Virus record (IMG/VR): IMGVR_UViG_3300027969_000052
Location: 64,968 to 128,967 of that record
Source: a virus
Length of the DNA: 64,000 nt
Strand: one strand, 5' to 3'
The notes beneath the pieces were generated by a model that made no database searches, was not told where the DNA came from, and saw nothing but the letters and a program-made list of their open reading frames with translations. The translations under genes were made by a program, and so were the position numbers. Position 1 is the stretch's first letter; each line of letters opens with the position of its first letter. This document shows positions 28,365 through 37,536 of the stretch, piece by piece.

Positions 28365-28793
28365 CTAGATTTTGTTGATTATGTGAGAGCCATGGACACG
28401 GACTGAGATTTGTCCGTTATAGTAATCTGCTGATTCTAATACTTTGCGGTTGAATTGTTCAAGGGCCTCGATGTAAGAGCATACTGCTTTGCTTTTGCAA
28501 TAATGCAGGATCTCTCGCGTGAATTGTTCTTTGCCTAATTTTAAAACGTCTGTGTTTAATTCTAAGTTAGATCCGTAATATTCTTGCCAGTCGCTGTCAA
28601 TTTTACTACGTATTTTCTTTTTCTTCTTGTTGCCGTTCTTTAACTTTACAGTCTTGTAGGTCGTTTTACTAAACTTTGCTAATTTTTTGCCAATATACAT
28701 GCGCCCCGTGACGGTGTTAGTGATAAGATAAACAAATCCAACACAGTCCTCGGGTAGTTGTTCAATGACAGTACCTTGATAAGTCCAAGACAT
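28365..28793 (-). CDS. Stand-alone GIY-YIG nuclease (EndoII/DenA-sized)
   Basis: GFVYLITNTVTGRMYIGKK, YYGS, FTREIL, E and YYNG motifs; 142 aa with a K-rich insertion and no C-terminal DNA-binding module. Confidence 0.85.
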   Translation of the reverse strand: MSWTYQGTVIEQLPEDCVGFVYLITNTVTGRMYIGKKLAKFSKTTYKTVKLKNGNKKKKKIRSKIDSDWQEYYGSNLELNTDVLKLGKEQFTREILHYCKSKAVCSYIEALEQFNRKVLESADYYNGQISVRVHGSHIINKI

Positions 28794-28987
28794 TAAGCAG
28801 TCTTGGCTTCCTTGCGGGCATTCTTGGTTGCTGTGATTTCGTTACGGCGAGCTTTGATTAGCTTGCCTAGCTCTGCTAGAGCTTTGCGTGATCGTGTACC
28901 GGCCGCATTGTTGCCGCTTTCAAATTTTGTATCTTCTGCTTCCCATGCTGTAACAGCATCTTTAATTGCTTGAATTGTTGCGCTCAT
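28793..28987 (-). CDS. Histone H1-like Hc1-family nucleoid protein
   Basis: 64 aa; KFESGNNAAGTRSRKALAELGKLIKARR matches the Hc1 N-terminal GNKAAxxRxR helical hairpin. Confidence 0.75.
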   Translation of the reverse strand: MSATIQAIKDAVTAWEAEDTKFESGNNAAGTRSRKALAELGKLIKARRNEITATKNARKEAKTA

Positions 28988-29220
28988 TTAGAGACTCCTT
29001 TTTGTTTCTTTATTTCTTGCTTACGCTGTGTCTCTGCTACTTGTAGTTTCTTAGCCACTTCACGCATCTCGGTCATCAGCTGTCGCATCGTACTTAATGT
29101 TTTTCGTAAAGCAATCGTTTTTTCTTGAGACCTTCGAAGAGTCCATGCGGTTTTGATATTGTGATATTGCACAAAAGAATCCATAAACCGTTGATGTAGC
29201 TCTTCGTACTTGTTTATCAT
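28984..29220 (-). CDS. Small basic helical protein
   Basis: 78 aa; ATGA overlap with gp46 and overlap with the next gene's start; possibly a divergent Hc1-like hairpin. Confidence 0.65.
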   Translation of the reverse strand: MINKYEELHQRFMDSFVQYHNIKTAWTLRRSQEKTIALRKTLSTMRQLMTEMREVAKKLQVAETQRKQEIKKQKGVSK

Positions 29221-31010
29221 TGCGCCTCTACGTAGTCGACATCGTTTGAGTAACTGGTAAATCCGTTTTCTTTAATTACGTGCAACACGTTATTCACCCT
29301 GCCTACTAACTCATCCTTATGACTGATCAAAAAGATATTCTTGTTACGCTCTCGCGCCATTTTCTTTAAAATAGCAAGACCTGCTTCTACACCTGCCGCA
29401 TCCATTCCAGCATCGATTAACTCGTCTATGAATAGTAAGTTAACATGTTGATACAAGTTTTCCCACACGTCTCGGAATGCCCAGCTCAATCCTAGAATTA
29501 ATCTATTTCGTTCGCCTCTGCTCAAATTGTCAAAGTCTAGTTCTTGCCCTAACTGAGTAATTTGAACAGTGAGATCGTTTTGGAAAACTACAGCATGTGG
29601 TAGACCAATTTTATCAATGTAATAGCTCAAGCGTTTATTTAGGTATGTTAGGTTTTGATCAATAATCTTTTTACGGATAAAACTATCTTTGTTAGTTAAC
29701 AGCTTATACAAGAACTCTTGATGTTCTTTAATTCGAGTAAGTTCGTTGATTGTGTCCCAAGTAACTTCTTGAAGGGCTGTTTTCTTTAACTCTTCAATTT
29801 GTTCTTCATACGGATTAAACTCTGTAGCCTTAAGCTCTAGATTTTGTTCGAGACTATCTAAATTATTTTTATGCCCTAGTGCTTCTGCTTCTGTGTCGTA
29901 AAAGGTTGCTGGCGGTTTAGGCAAGTTGCCTATCTCTTTTAATCCTGTTTGAACTAGATCTAAATCAGCTTTAACCTTATTATAGTACAGGTTGGCTTCT
30001 ACCAGGTACTTATTTGCCTCAGCAGTCATTTCTTCGTGCTTATGATCGTGCAACTCTTGAGCACATGCATGGCATGTCTTGTTTGCTAGACTTTCGAGTT
30101 CTTTTGTATATTTTACTAGACTTTTTTCTGCTTGGCTTGTAGCGGCTTCTAAAGTAGCACGTTGTTTAGTTAGCTCTCTTATTTTACTATTACTTTCGTT
30201 CCATGCTTTAAGTTGTGCATGGGCGGCCAGCTCTGTATCGATTTCAACACCAGCTAGCTTCATAATAGCTTTGCCTAGGTTCTCGACATCTAATTGTTGT
30301 TTATTATTCCACGCTGAACTTTTAATTCCTAGGCTATTGATGCTCTTTTGAACGTTTTCGTTAGCTGTTTTTACACCTTCAATTCGGAAATTTTCTGCTG
30401 TAATAGCATCTTTTGTTTCCTTCATTTGAATTTTAAGGTTCTCTGCCTTCTCTGAAAGCAGAGTTATGCCTAATAGTTGCTCAATGATCTCACGTTGATC
30501 CGCCGCTTTAAGACTCAAAAAAGGTTCAGTATATGTGTTTAATGCAACCAAATGCTTAAACATCATATGGCTCATACCTAGCAATTGATCAATGAATTTT
30601 TGTGTTTCGCGGCTATCGCCCTGGCTATCATCTTCGGCAGTTTCGTCGGTTTTTTGCTCTTGATTATTAATGTACAGTTTAAGGATATTAGGTTTACGAC
30701 CCCGCTCGATGCGATATCCTACACCGTCTTTCTCAAACTCAACTGTAACCAACATACCTTTGCCGTTGGTCTTGTTAATTAAGTTTTCTTTTCGAATATT
30801 TGTAAGGGCTTGCCCGTATAAAGAATAGCTTAATGCGTTAACGATTGTAGTTTTTCCTGTGCCGTTACGGCTTCCGTTATCGTCCCCGCCCAGATCTAGG
30901 TTCTCTCCTAGTACCAGCGTAAGATGTTCTTTACTAAAATCTACTGCTTGTGTTTGATTGCCAACACTTAAAAAGTTTTTTACAGTAATGTCTTTAATGT
31001 TAAATGTCAT
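29217..31010 (-). CDS. gp46: Recombination endonuclease ATPase subunit (Rad50/SbcC-like)
   Basis: KNFLSVGN, Walker A NGTGKTT, zinc hook CHAC, signature LSRGE, Walker B LLFIDE, ISH. Confidence 0.95.
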   Translation of the reverse strand: MTFNIKDITVKNFLSVGNQTQAVDFSKEHLTLVLGENLDLGGDDNGSRNGTGKTTIVNALSYSLYGQALTNIRKENLINKTNGKGMLVTVEFEKDGVGYRIERGRKPNILKLYINNQEQKTDETAEDDSQGDSRETQKFIDQLLGMSHMMFKHLVALNTYTEPFLSLKAADQREIIEQLLGITLLSEKAENLKIQMKETKDAITAENFRIEGVKTANENVQKSINSLGIKSSAWNNKQQLDVENLGKAIMKLAGVEIDTELAAHAQLKAWNESNSKIRELTKQRATLEAATSQAEKSLVKYTKELESLANKTCHACAQELHDHKHEEMTAEANKYLVEANLYYNKVKADLDLVQTGLKEIGNLPKPPATFYDTEAEALGHKNNLDSLEQNLELKATEFNPYEEQIEELKKTALQEVTWDTINELTRIKEHQEFLYKLLTNKDSFIRKKIIDQNLTYLNKRLSYYIDKIGLPHAVVFQNDLTVQITQLGQELDFDNLSRGERNRLILGLSWAFRDVWENLYQHVNLLFIDELIDAGMDAAGVEAGLAILKKMARERNKNIFLISHKDELVGRVNNVLHVIKENGFTSYSNDVDYVEAQ

Positions 31011-32020
31011 AATCCGTGATAGATATCCAGTAATAGTTTTTGATCAAATGCGTCTGATTCGATATTAACCAGTTGCTCTGTAACGATTTGATCTACTGAT
31101 TCAAATTTAGCATCGGGGTTGTCGTCTACGACCCCTTCGATATTATTTTTTTCTTGTATTAGGCTCATTTCTCGAATATCATATTCGCCGATAAATGTTT
31201 CTTTTAAAAAATTAGCCTCTTCGTAACTAATATCAATATCCAAATGCACCTTTAAGTACATTTTAGATTTCATAACATCATCTTTTTCGTCAATTAACTT
31301 GCTTAGTTTAATTGTACGAAACTTAGGACAGTTATCCCAATCAATATATTGAGGTTCGCCACTCCATTCTAAAGTCATCATACCGCGTTTGTCATCCCAA
31401 GTATCTGCAAAGTTATGGGGGAATGCATTACCTATGTAATGTACTTTGTCTCTTGATTGGCGTTTATGAAAGTGTCCGCTAAACACATAATCCTGGTGTT
31501 GGAAATGTGATGTTTGCAGTTCTCCGTGATCGGGCATTTGTACCATTGCGTTCATATAGAACAGCGGTAATTCAAAGTGACCGAACATGTACTTGCTCTT
31601 GGTTTGACTGATGGTCTTCCATTCATCGCCTACTAACCAAGGAACTAGGGTAACATCATCAAGAGTTGTAACACGATCTACAACCGTGACTCCTGGAATG
31701 TGCCGACCAAAGGCACTAGAATGAATGTCACGCTTGTCCTTGTAGAATAAATCGTGATTTCCTGGGAACCAAAAGAACTGTTCAAATGCCGCACCTAGCT
31801 TTTCCAAGCACCTAATACTGGTATCTAGCGTAATCAAGTTAATTGAGTTACGGTTGTGATGCCAATCACCGAGGAAGATTGCTGATTCACACTCTTCTTT
31901 CTTGGCAGTTTCAATAAACCAATCTACAAATTCCTCACAGTCCTTGTTATGCACAAGGCTGTTAGACTTTAAACCAAAATGTATATCGGTAAAACACGCT
32001 ACTTTCTTGAATAGACTCAT
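31007..32020 (-). CDS. gp47: Recombination endonuclease nuclease subunit (Mre11/SbcD-like)
   Basis: Phosphoesterase motifs DIHFG, LGD, GNHD, GHFE, SGHFH. Confidence 0.95.
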   Translation of the reverse strand: MSLFKKVACFTDIHFGLKSNSLVHNKDCEEFVDWFIETAKKEECESAIFLGDWHHNRNSINLITLDTSIRCLEKLGAAFEQFFWFPGNHDLFYKDKRDIHSSAFGRHIPGVTVVDRVTTLDDVTLVPWLVGDEWKTISQTKSKYMFGHFELPLFYMNAMVQMPDHGELQTSHFQHQDYVFSGHFHKRQSRDKVHYIGNAFPHNFADTWDDKRGMMTLEWSGEPQYIDWDNCPKFRTIKLSKLIDEKDDVMKSKMYLKVHLDIDISYEEANFLKETFIGEYDIREMSLIQEKNNIEGVVDDNPDAKFESVDQIVTEQLVNIESDAFDQKLLLDIYHGL

Positions 32021-32038
32021 TCAGTTCTCCTGTCGTTT

Positions 32039-32067
32039 ATTATAGCAGAAACAAATTGATAAATCAA
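32039..32067 (-). promoter_or_regulatory. Sigma70-type promoter for the gp47-gp46 operon
   Basis: TTGATT-N17-TATAAT with extended -10 TG, followed by AGGAG RBS. Confidence 0.75.
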
Positions 32068-32993
32068 ATCTTTTGTTCACCAGTTTCTTCTAAATCTTCT
32101 GCTTCTTCGACAGGTTCGTCTTCGCTCTTAGGCATGCGCATATTTTTGTATAGCTCTGCTTGGCGGGCAATTTCTTCCGCAAATTCTTGACTGTTTTGTC
32201 TAGTCATACTTGGAGTTAATCCGTTTTGCTCTAGCATGTCATCTCGAATGTTCTGATTTTTCTTTTCGATGTTCAGTATACGAGTAAAGCTATTTGTAAC
32301 GGCCGCGGTATAATAGGCAAATGGATTTTCTGATTTTGATTCGTCAAACTGTAGTCCAATCTGACTTAATTGTAGAATAGCCTGTCCCTTCATTTCGTCG
32401 ATGTAAGTATATCCACGCCAGTTAGATCTTTGTGCATACCGTTCACTTAGTTTGATATACATCTTGCCTAAGTTTTCAGTAATGCGACCGTGGTCTTTGC
32501 TAAACTTGCCAGTTTTAATTCCGCCTTTCCAATGACTCTTGCCCACACACTCTAATTCATCTTCGTCATTAAATCTCCAATGTTGGAATGGAGGGAAGTT
32601 TACCTTTTCATGACTGTCTGCGGTAGTCTTGGTAGTTTTCTTTCGACCCGGAGCAAGCGGAATGTGCTCAAATGTCATAATACGAATAACTATATCCTGT
32701 TTTGCAATAGTTTTATAGTCCGGTGTTACATCTGCTAGTTTTATTTTCTTATCGCCAGCGATTTTTGCCGCATTGAAAGTTTCAATACCGATCCTTTTTG
32801 CACGATTTCGTTTTGCTTCAGCAATAGTTCTAATATTGATCTTGCCTAAACTAGTTAAGATTAGATCGTATTGACTGTGTTCTTGCTTGGCAAAGCTACT
32901 AAACGAAATTTTACTTTTATGGATTTCCGCTAGTAAATCGCGGTTATTTAGGTATTTGACTTTTCTTGTTGTTATTATTGTTGGTATTGTCAT
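32064..32993 (-). CDS. gp55: Late-transcription sigma factor, T4 gp55 family
   Basis: YLNNRDLL, NWRGYTYIDEM, FDESKSENPFAYYT, SFTRILNIEKK motifs; probable start MTIPT at 32993 (GGGAG RBS); upstream of gp47/gp46 as in T4-like phages. Confidence 0.9.
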   Translation of the reverse strand: MTIPTIITTRKVKYLNNRDLLAEIHKSKISFSSFAKQEHSQYDLILTSLGKINIRTIAEAKRNRAKRIGIETFNAAKIAGDKKIKLADVTPDYKTIAKQDIVIRIMTFEHIPLAPGRKKTTKTTADSHEKVNFPPFQHWRFNDEDELECVGKSHWKGGIKTGKFSKDHGRITENLGKMYIKLSERYAQRSNWRGYTYIDEMKGQAILQLSQIGLQFDESKSENPFAYYTAAVTNSFTRILNIEKKNQNIRDDMLEQNGLTPSMTRQNSQEFAEEIARQAELYKNMRMPKSEDEPVEEAEDLEETGEQKI

Positions 32994-33015
32994 TGTTATA
33001 GAATCTCCCATTAAT

Positions 33016-33043
33016 ATTATAACATAAAGTACAAAGAAGTCAA
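33016..33043 (-). promoter_or_regulatory. Sigma70-type promoter for gp55
   Basis: TTGACT-N16-TATAAT with extended -10 TG. Confidence 0.75.
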
Positions 33044-33062
33044 GAGATATTAAGTGTGTAGT

Positions 33063-33082
33063 TTATTTACCAGGGTAAATAA
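33063..33082. promoter_or_regulatory. Back-to-back late promoters forming the palindrome TTATTTACC-ag-GGTAAATAA
   Basis: GGTAAATA on both strands at the switch between the gp55 block and the baseplate operon. Confidence 0.7.
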
Positions 33083-33103
33083 GGTATATAGGAAAAAACT
33101 AAC

Positions 33104-33925
33104 ATGCCCGAACTTACTGCCGAGATGATTGTAGCTCAACAAAACGCATCGTTTAACTACGGTACTAACGAGGGGTCTGAGCAAACTAGAATGCTTGCAG
33201 AGCAAGATGCGGGATTTGATGACGCATCAAGTAGCAAGGATCGCAAGCCGCCTAATCCGGATGGTAAATCAAAATCTGCACCTGCTGAAATTTCTTGGGG
33301 TGGAAAGATTCAAAGAGATCTTCGCGTTCGCCTTGAGGTTCCTAAGTCTTATCTCGGCGGGCTAGGAGCTGGCCCAGCAGGCGGTCCTAACGGCCGCCCG
33401 TTGGCCGCAACAAACGGCATTGTTTTTCCTTATACGCCCACAGTTACTATGAACAATCAAGCAACATACAATTCAGTTGCTCCTACCCATAGTAATTATA
33501 CATCAAACGCTTATAAAAATTCATCTGTTGGACCGATATCAGTGTCCGGAAAATTTACAGCACAAAATGAATATGAAGGGGCAATTATTTTAGGAGTTCA
33601 ACATCTATTACGCAGTCTAACAAAAATGCGTTGGGGTAGTGATCCAGATGCAGGAGCACCTCCACCTGTTTGTAGATTTTTTGCCTTTGGCAATAGTATG
33701 ATAGATAATGTTCCAGTTGTAGTCACTGGATGGAAAATGGAATACCCTGACACTGTTGACTATATTCAGGTAGGCGCCGGAATTAAAGACTACGGAAATA
33801 GTTTTGTTCCATCTGTTTGTACAATTAGTCTCGATCTAGCAGTACAATATAGTAGAACTGAACAATTGAATTTTAATGTAACAGATTTCCTTGCAGGAAA
33901 ACTAGCAGGCAAAGGATACTTATAA
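33104..33925 (+). CDS. Tube-like baseplate protein (tail tube initiator, gp48/gp54-like)
   Basis: IVFPYTP...ISVSGKFTA...LRSLTKM...GAPPPVCRF...NVPVVVT pattern of tube-fold baseplate proteins; first gene of the baseplate operon. Confidence 0.6.
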   Translation: MPELTAEMIVAQQNASFNYGTNEGSEQTRMLAEQDAGFDDASSSKDRKPPNPDGKSKSAPAEISWGGKIQRDLRVRLEVPKSYLGGLGAGPAGGPNGRPLAATNGIVFPYTPTVTMNNQATYNSVAPTHSNYTSNAYKNSSVGPISVSGKFTAQNEYEGAIILGVQHLLRSLTKMRWGSDPDAGAPPPVCRFFAFGNSMIDNVPVVVTGWKMEYPDTVDYIQVGAGIKDYGNSFVPSVCTISLDLAVQYSRTEQLNFNVTDFLAGKLAGKGYL

Positions 33926-34224
33926 TGGCAGAATATTCAAGAAGAAGCCCATACTTCCAAACAGATCAAAGTAAGGGGTATTTAGATGTTGCGGAGTTTG
34001 TAGACATACCGACATTGCAAGATGATGTGTTGTGGGCAGTAACAGCACAATATAAAAATCGTCCCGATTTACTTGCATATGATCTTTATAAAGACAGCAA
34101 CCTATGGTGGGTATTTTCTGTTAGAAATAAAGATGTATTACGAGATCCTATCTATGACATGATTCCCGGACAACAAATTTATATTCCACAAATTGCAACA
34201 ATTAAAAAAGTATTAGGATTATAA
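33925..34224 (+). CDS. gp53: LysM-like baseplate wedge protein, gp53-like
   Basis: RPDLLAYDLYKDSNLWWVF..RN..L..P...GQQIYIP. Confidence 0.8.
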   Translation: MAEYSRRSPYFQTDQSKGYLDVAEFVDIPTLQDDVLWAVTAQYKNRPDLLAYDLYKDSNLWWVFSVRNKDVLRDPIYDMIPGQQIYIPQIATIKKVLGL

Positions 34225-34225
34225 C

Positions 34226-37200
34226 ATGTCTATAATAATCGGTTCGTTGCAAACAAAAGAATATAAAAATAACTTCATAACAGATAAGTTTTCTTATTCT
34301 AATAAACAAGCAGTGGATTATAATATTCTGCATGATTATAGAAGTTACAACTATGTAATAACGTTATTTGCAATTCCGGCACAAAAATATAACGATCCTA
34401 ATTATTTTAAGACATTAAACGGCGATCCTGACTATGTGATTTTAAAATCTAGCGGCAAGGGTAAGAGAGAAATACAAGCTGATGCTAGTACAGATGTACT
34501 TGTAGCGGCCCAAAATGAAGAAACTGGTGATCCTTATACTAAGTTAACTGCTAATCCAGATCTTAGTGCTCTACTTGATGATTTTAATAAAAACGGTTAT
34601 GGACGATTTGATTTCTTTATTGATAATTTAGAGATTGATCTAACATGGAATATTACTACCGGCGCTCAACCGGGTCAGATAAAATTTGAAGTTGTTGAGC
34701 CCTACAGTATAAATGGTTTTATTGAAGCATTAAGGATTAATGCACTAGCCGCAGGATATGAGAATCATAATCAAGCAATTTATGTTCTTAAAATAGAATT
34801 TGTTGGGTACAAGTACGATAAAAATGGAAATCTAACCGAGCCAGAAAAAATACCTAAGTCTACTAGATACATTCCAATCAACATTAATCAAATGTCTCTA
34901 GAAACCAGTGAGCGGGGAACAGTTTATCGTGTCGCGGCCGCCCCACGGAACAATATGGGTTACGGAGAAGACGGTAAGCTAGCAACAACTGTTAAGATGA
35001 GCGGTGTTACAGTGGGAGATGTTTTTACCTCTCTTGCAAAGCAACTAACAGATACTCGTAAAAGCGACACCGGACAGAAAGAACCAAAGCACTTTAATGA
35101 ATTTAAAGTTGTGTTCCAAGACGAGAACGGGAAAGAAATAGCTAATCCAAACGATAGTAAAATTGGCGGCTCAAAAATTAATGAGGAACTTAGGTCTGAT
35201 CAGGTATACACTTTTCCGGAAATTAGTGATAATAATCCTAAGTCCTCGTACCAATCACCCGACCCTCCAAAAAATACAAAGTACGACTCTACGAAAGAAA
35301 CAATTTCTTTCGGAAGCCAGCACAGCATACTAGATGTAATGACTGCGGTTATTAGGGATAGTCAGTACAGCGTCGAGTTATTAGGTAAACTAGATACAAT
35401 AATTAAAGAAAAAAATGGGTTAGTAGATTGGTTTAGGGTATATTTAAAAACAGAAATGAAACCGGAGATTAATCCGACTACACAAAATCACAATTACATC
35501 TACACCTACACTATTAGACCTTTTAAGTTTCATTACAGTAGATTGCCGGGAATGGGTTCAGGATTATTTGACGGTGACGAGTTAAGAGGTCAAATTAGAC
35601 GTTCATACAATTATTTGTATTCGGGAAAAAATGTAGACATTCTTAATTTTAATTTAAAAGTTAATGGATTGTTCTTTCAACAGCGTCCATTTAATATGGG
35701 CAACAAAGACACCTCTGGTACAAAACAGGCCCAGGGCGCATCGGAGCAACAAAAATTAGAAGAAAAAGAAACTCCAGCAGATGCTAAAAATGAAGATCAA
35801 AAACAAATTCCTATTAGAGTTGCTACAGATGCCGCCTCGCTAGATAGACACGGACTAAACGGCAAAGCCCCGCAAGCATCTCCATATATGAAGCTGGCTC
35901 AAATAATGCACGAGCACCTTTGCGATAGTGTAGACTTCAACACTATAGATTTACAAATTGTTGGAGATCCGTATTATCTTGTCTCTTCAAATATGGGGAA
36001 TCAAGAAGAGGATGTAGATCCAGCTACTCCCGCAATCAACTCAGACGGTTCAGCTTCATGGTTAGGAGGTACAGTTTTTATTGATTTATTTTTTAGAACA
36101 ATAAAAGATATTAAACCTGACGGAATGGGTGATTTTGGAAATCTATTACCATTTAGCGGTATATATCAAGTTAACAGAGTTGTATGTAATTTTCGAGAAG
36201 GTCGATTTGAACAAAGATTGAACTGCCTTAGATTGGCCGGACAAGTAGTTAACGAAAAACGTCAGAATGTATATGCGGTGCCTTTAGAATCTACAGTTCC
36301 GGGAGAGGCAAAAACTATTGACAGCGCGATATCGAGTGTTGCAAGAAGCGGTATAAAACCAAACAATGCTCAACTAATGAACATTATAAGTCGGGGATTA
36401 CCTACTGCGGGACTTCCTGGTTTACTGGCAAATTTCACCAATTCAGTTGGCGGAGCAATTGGCGGAGTAGGCACAGCCCTTCAAACAACACTTCAACGAG
36501 TTGATGACACAGCCAAGGGGCTTCTTGCGCCTGTTAATTCTTTACTTCAACAAGCGCAAGCAGGATTAAACTTTGCGGCACAAGTTGGAGGATTGGTAGC
36601 AATAGGTAATGCACTAGTCAACGGATACGACTCACCGAACCCCACTCCGGGCATTGGACAAGCAGTTGGCGGATATAATCCCTATACCACTGGTATTAGA
36701 TTAGATACTAACGGCCTAAACAATATCTTAACAGGCGATAGTCAATCTAACCAAGCAATAATTAATGCTCAAAATAATATTATTTCAAGTGTAGTTCAAG
36801 ATCCTACTAACATAGATCTATTAAACACCTTTAATTATTTTAATAATTTTGATCAACGATTGTCTGCAAATGACACTCAAATCAACGCCATTGGTAATTC
36901 GATAGATCAAGTAATGTTGGCAACACCGAACGATCCTAGGGCCCTTGCGGCTAAGCTAGGAATTGACCCTGCACAATTAAGCGGACTAAGCAGTGATCAG
37001 CAAAGCAGTATATTTGACAGAATGTTAGAAATACTTAAAAATGTTCCTGAAAATACAGACATTGCTGGACTTAAATCTTTAGGAATTAGTTTAGCAAATA
37101 TCAGTGGAGCATCGATTGCAAATCTTCCTGCATTGCAACCATTAACTACGTCACCGATTGCTAATATTCCTGCAATAGATTTACAAAAAATTATTGCCAC

Positions 37201-37534
37201 CGGCGGCAAGCCGTCAAATTTACCCGGAGCATTAGATATTCCGGCAGTTGCAGAGTTATCTAAATTTATAGATTCGGCTAGAGGAGTACCCAGTAATGGC
37301 ATACTTGGCGGAGCAGGTCAGCTAAATTCACAGTCAATTACTGACAAGTATGCAACGGTGCAACAAATGAATATTTCTTCAAATAAAGGATCAGTTGAAT
37401 CACAATCAGCAGGTATCGGCAATACAGTACAAGGATATTTTGGAAATAATGTAGACCCGCAGACTGCGTATGCGCAGTACGGATCTCAACAAACGTTAAG
37501 CCCAATTGACAAATTAATGCAAACTAAAACTTAA
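34226..37534 (+). CDS. Baseplate hub-like protein (gp27/gpD position) with long C-terminal extension
   Basis: 1102 aa between gp53 and the spike; LQIVGDP and FSGIYQVNRVVCNFREGRFEQRL hub motifs. Confidence 0.65.
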   Translation: MSIIIGSLQTKEYKNNFITDKFSYSNKQAVDYNILHDYRSYNYVITLFAIPAQKYNDPNYFKTLNGDPDYVILKSSGKGKREIQADASTDVLVAAQNEETGDPYTKLTANPDLSALLDDFNKNGYGRFDFFIDNLEIDLTWNITTGAQPGQIKFEVVEPYSINGFIEALRINALAAGYENHNQAIYVLKIEFVGYKYDKNGNLTEPEKIPKSTRYIPININQMSLETSERGTVYRVAAAPRNNMGYGEDGKLATTVKMSGVTVGDVFTSLAKQLTDTRKSDTGQKEPKHFNEFKVVFQDENGKEIANPNDSKIGGSKINEELRSDQVYTFPEISDNNPKSSYQSPDPPKNTKYDSTKETISFGSQHSILDVMTAVIRDSQYSVELLGKLDTIIKEKNGLVDWFRVYLKTEMKPEINPTTQNHNYIYTYTIRPFKFHYSRLPGMGSGLFDGDELRGQIRRSYNYLYSGKNVDILNFNLKVNGLFFQQRPFNMGNKDTSGTKQAQGASEQQKLEEKETPADAKNEDQKQIPIRVATDAASLDRHGLNGKAPQASPYMKLAQIMHEHLCDSVDFNTIDLQIVGDPYYLVSSNMGNQEEDVDPATPAINSDGSASWLGGTVFIDLFFRTIKDIKPDGMGDFGNLLPFSGIYQVNRVVCNFREGRFEQRLNCLRLAGQVVNEKRQNVYAVPLESTVPGEAKTIDSAISSVARSGIKPNNAQLMNIISRGLPTAGLPGLLANFTNSVGGAIGGVGTALQTTLQRVDDTAKGLLAPVNSLLQQAQAGLNFAAQVGGLVAIGNALVNGYDSPNPTPGIGQAVGGYNPYTTGIRLDTNGLNNILTGDSQSNQAIINAQNNIISSVVQDPTNIDLLNTFNYFNNFDQRLSANDTQINAIGNSIDQVMLATPNDPRALAAKLGIDPAQLSGLSSDQQSSIFDRMLEILKNVPENTDIAGLKSLGISLANISGASIANLPALQPLTTSPIANIPAIDLQKIIATGGKPSNLPGALDIPAVAELSKFIDSARGVPSNGILGGAGQLNSQSITDKYATVQQMNISSNKGSVESQSAGIGNTVQGYFGNNVDPQTAYAQYGSQQTLSPIDKLMQTKT

Positions 37535-37536
37535 AC

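Noticed and set aside
28365-28793. GIY-YIG as a mobile homing endonuclease or intron ORF
   Set aside because: No NUMOD/HTH/zinc-finger tail, no interrupted host gene, and it is translationally coupled in the operon.
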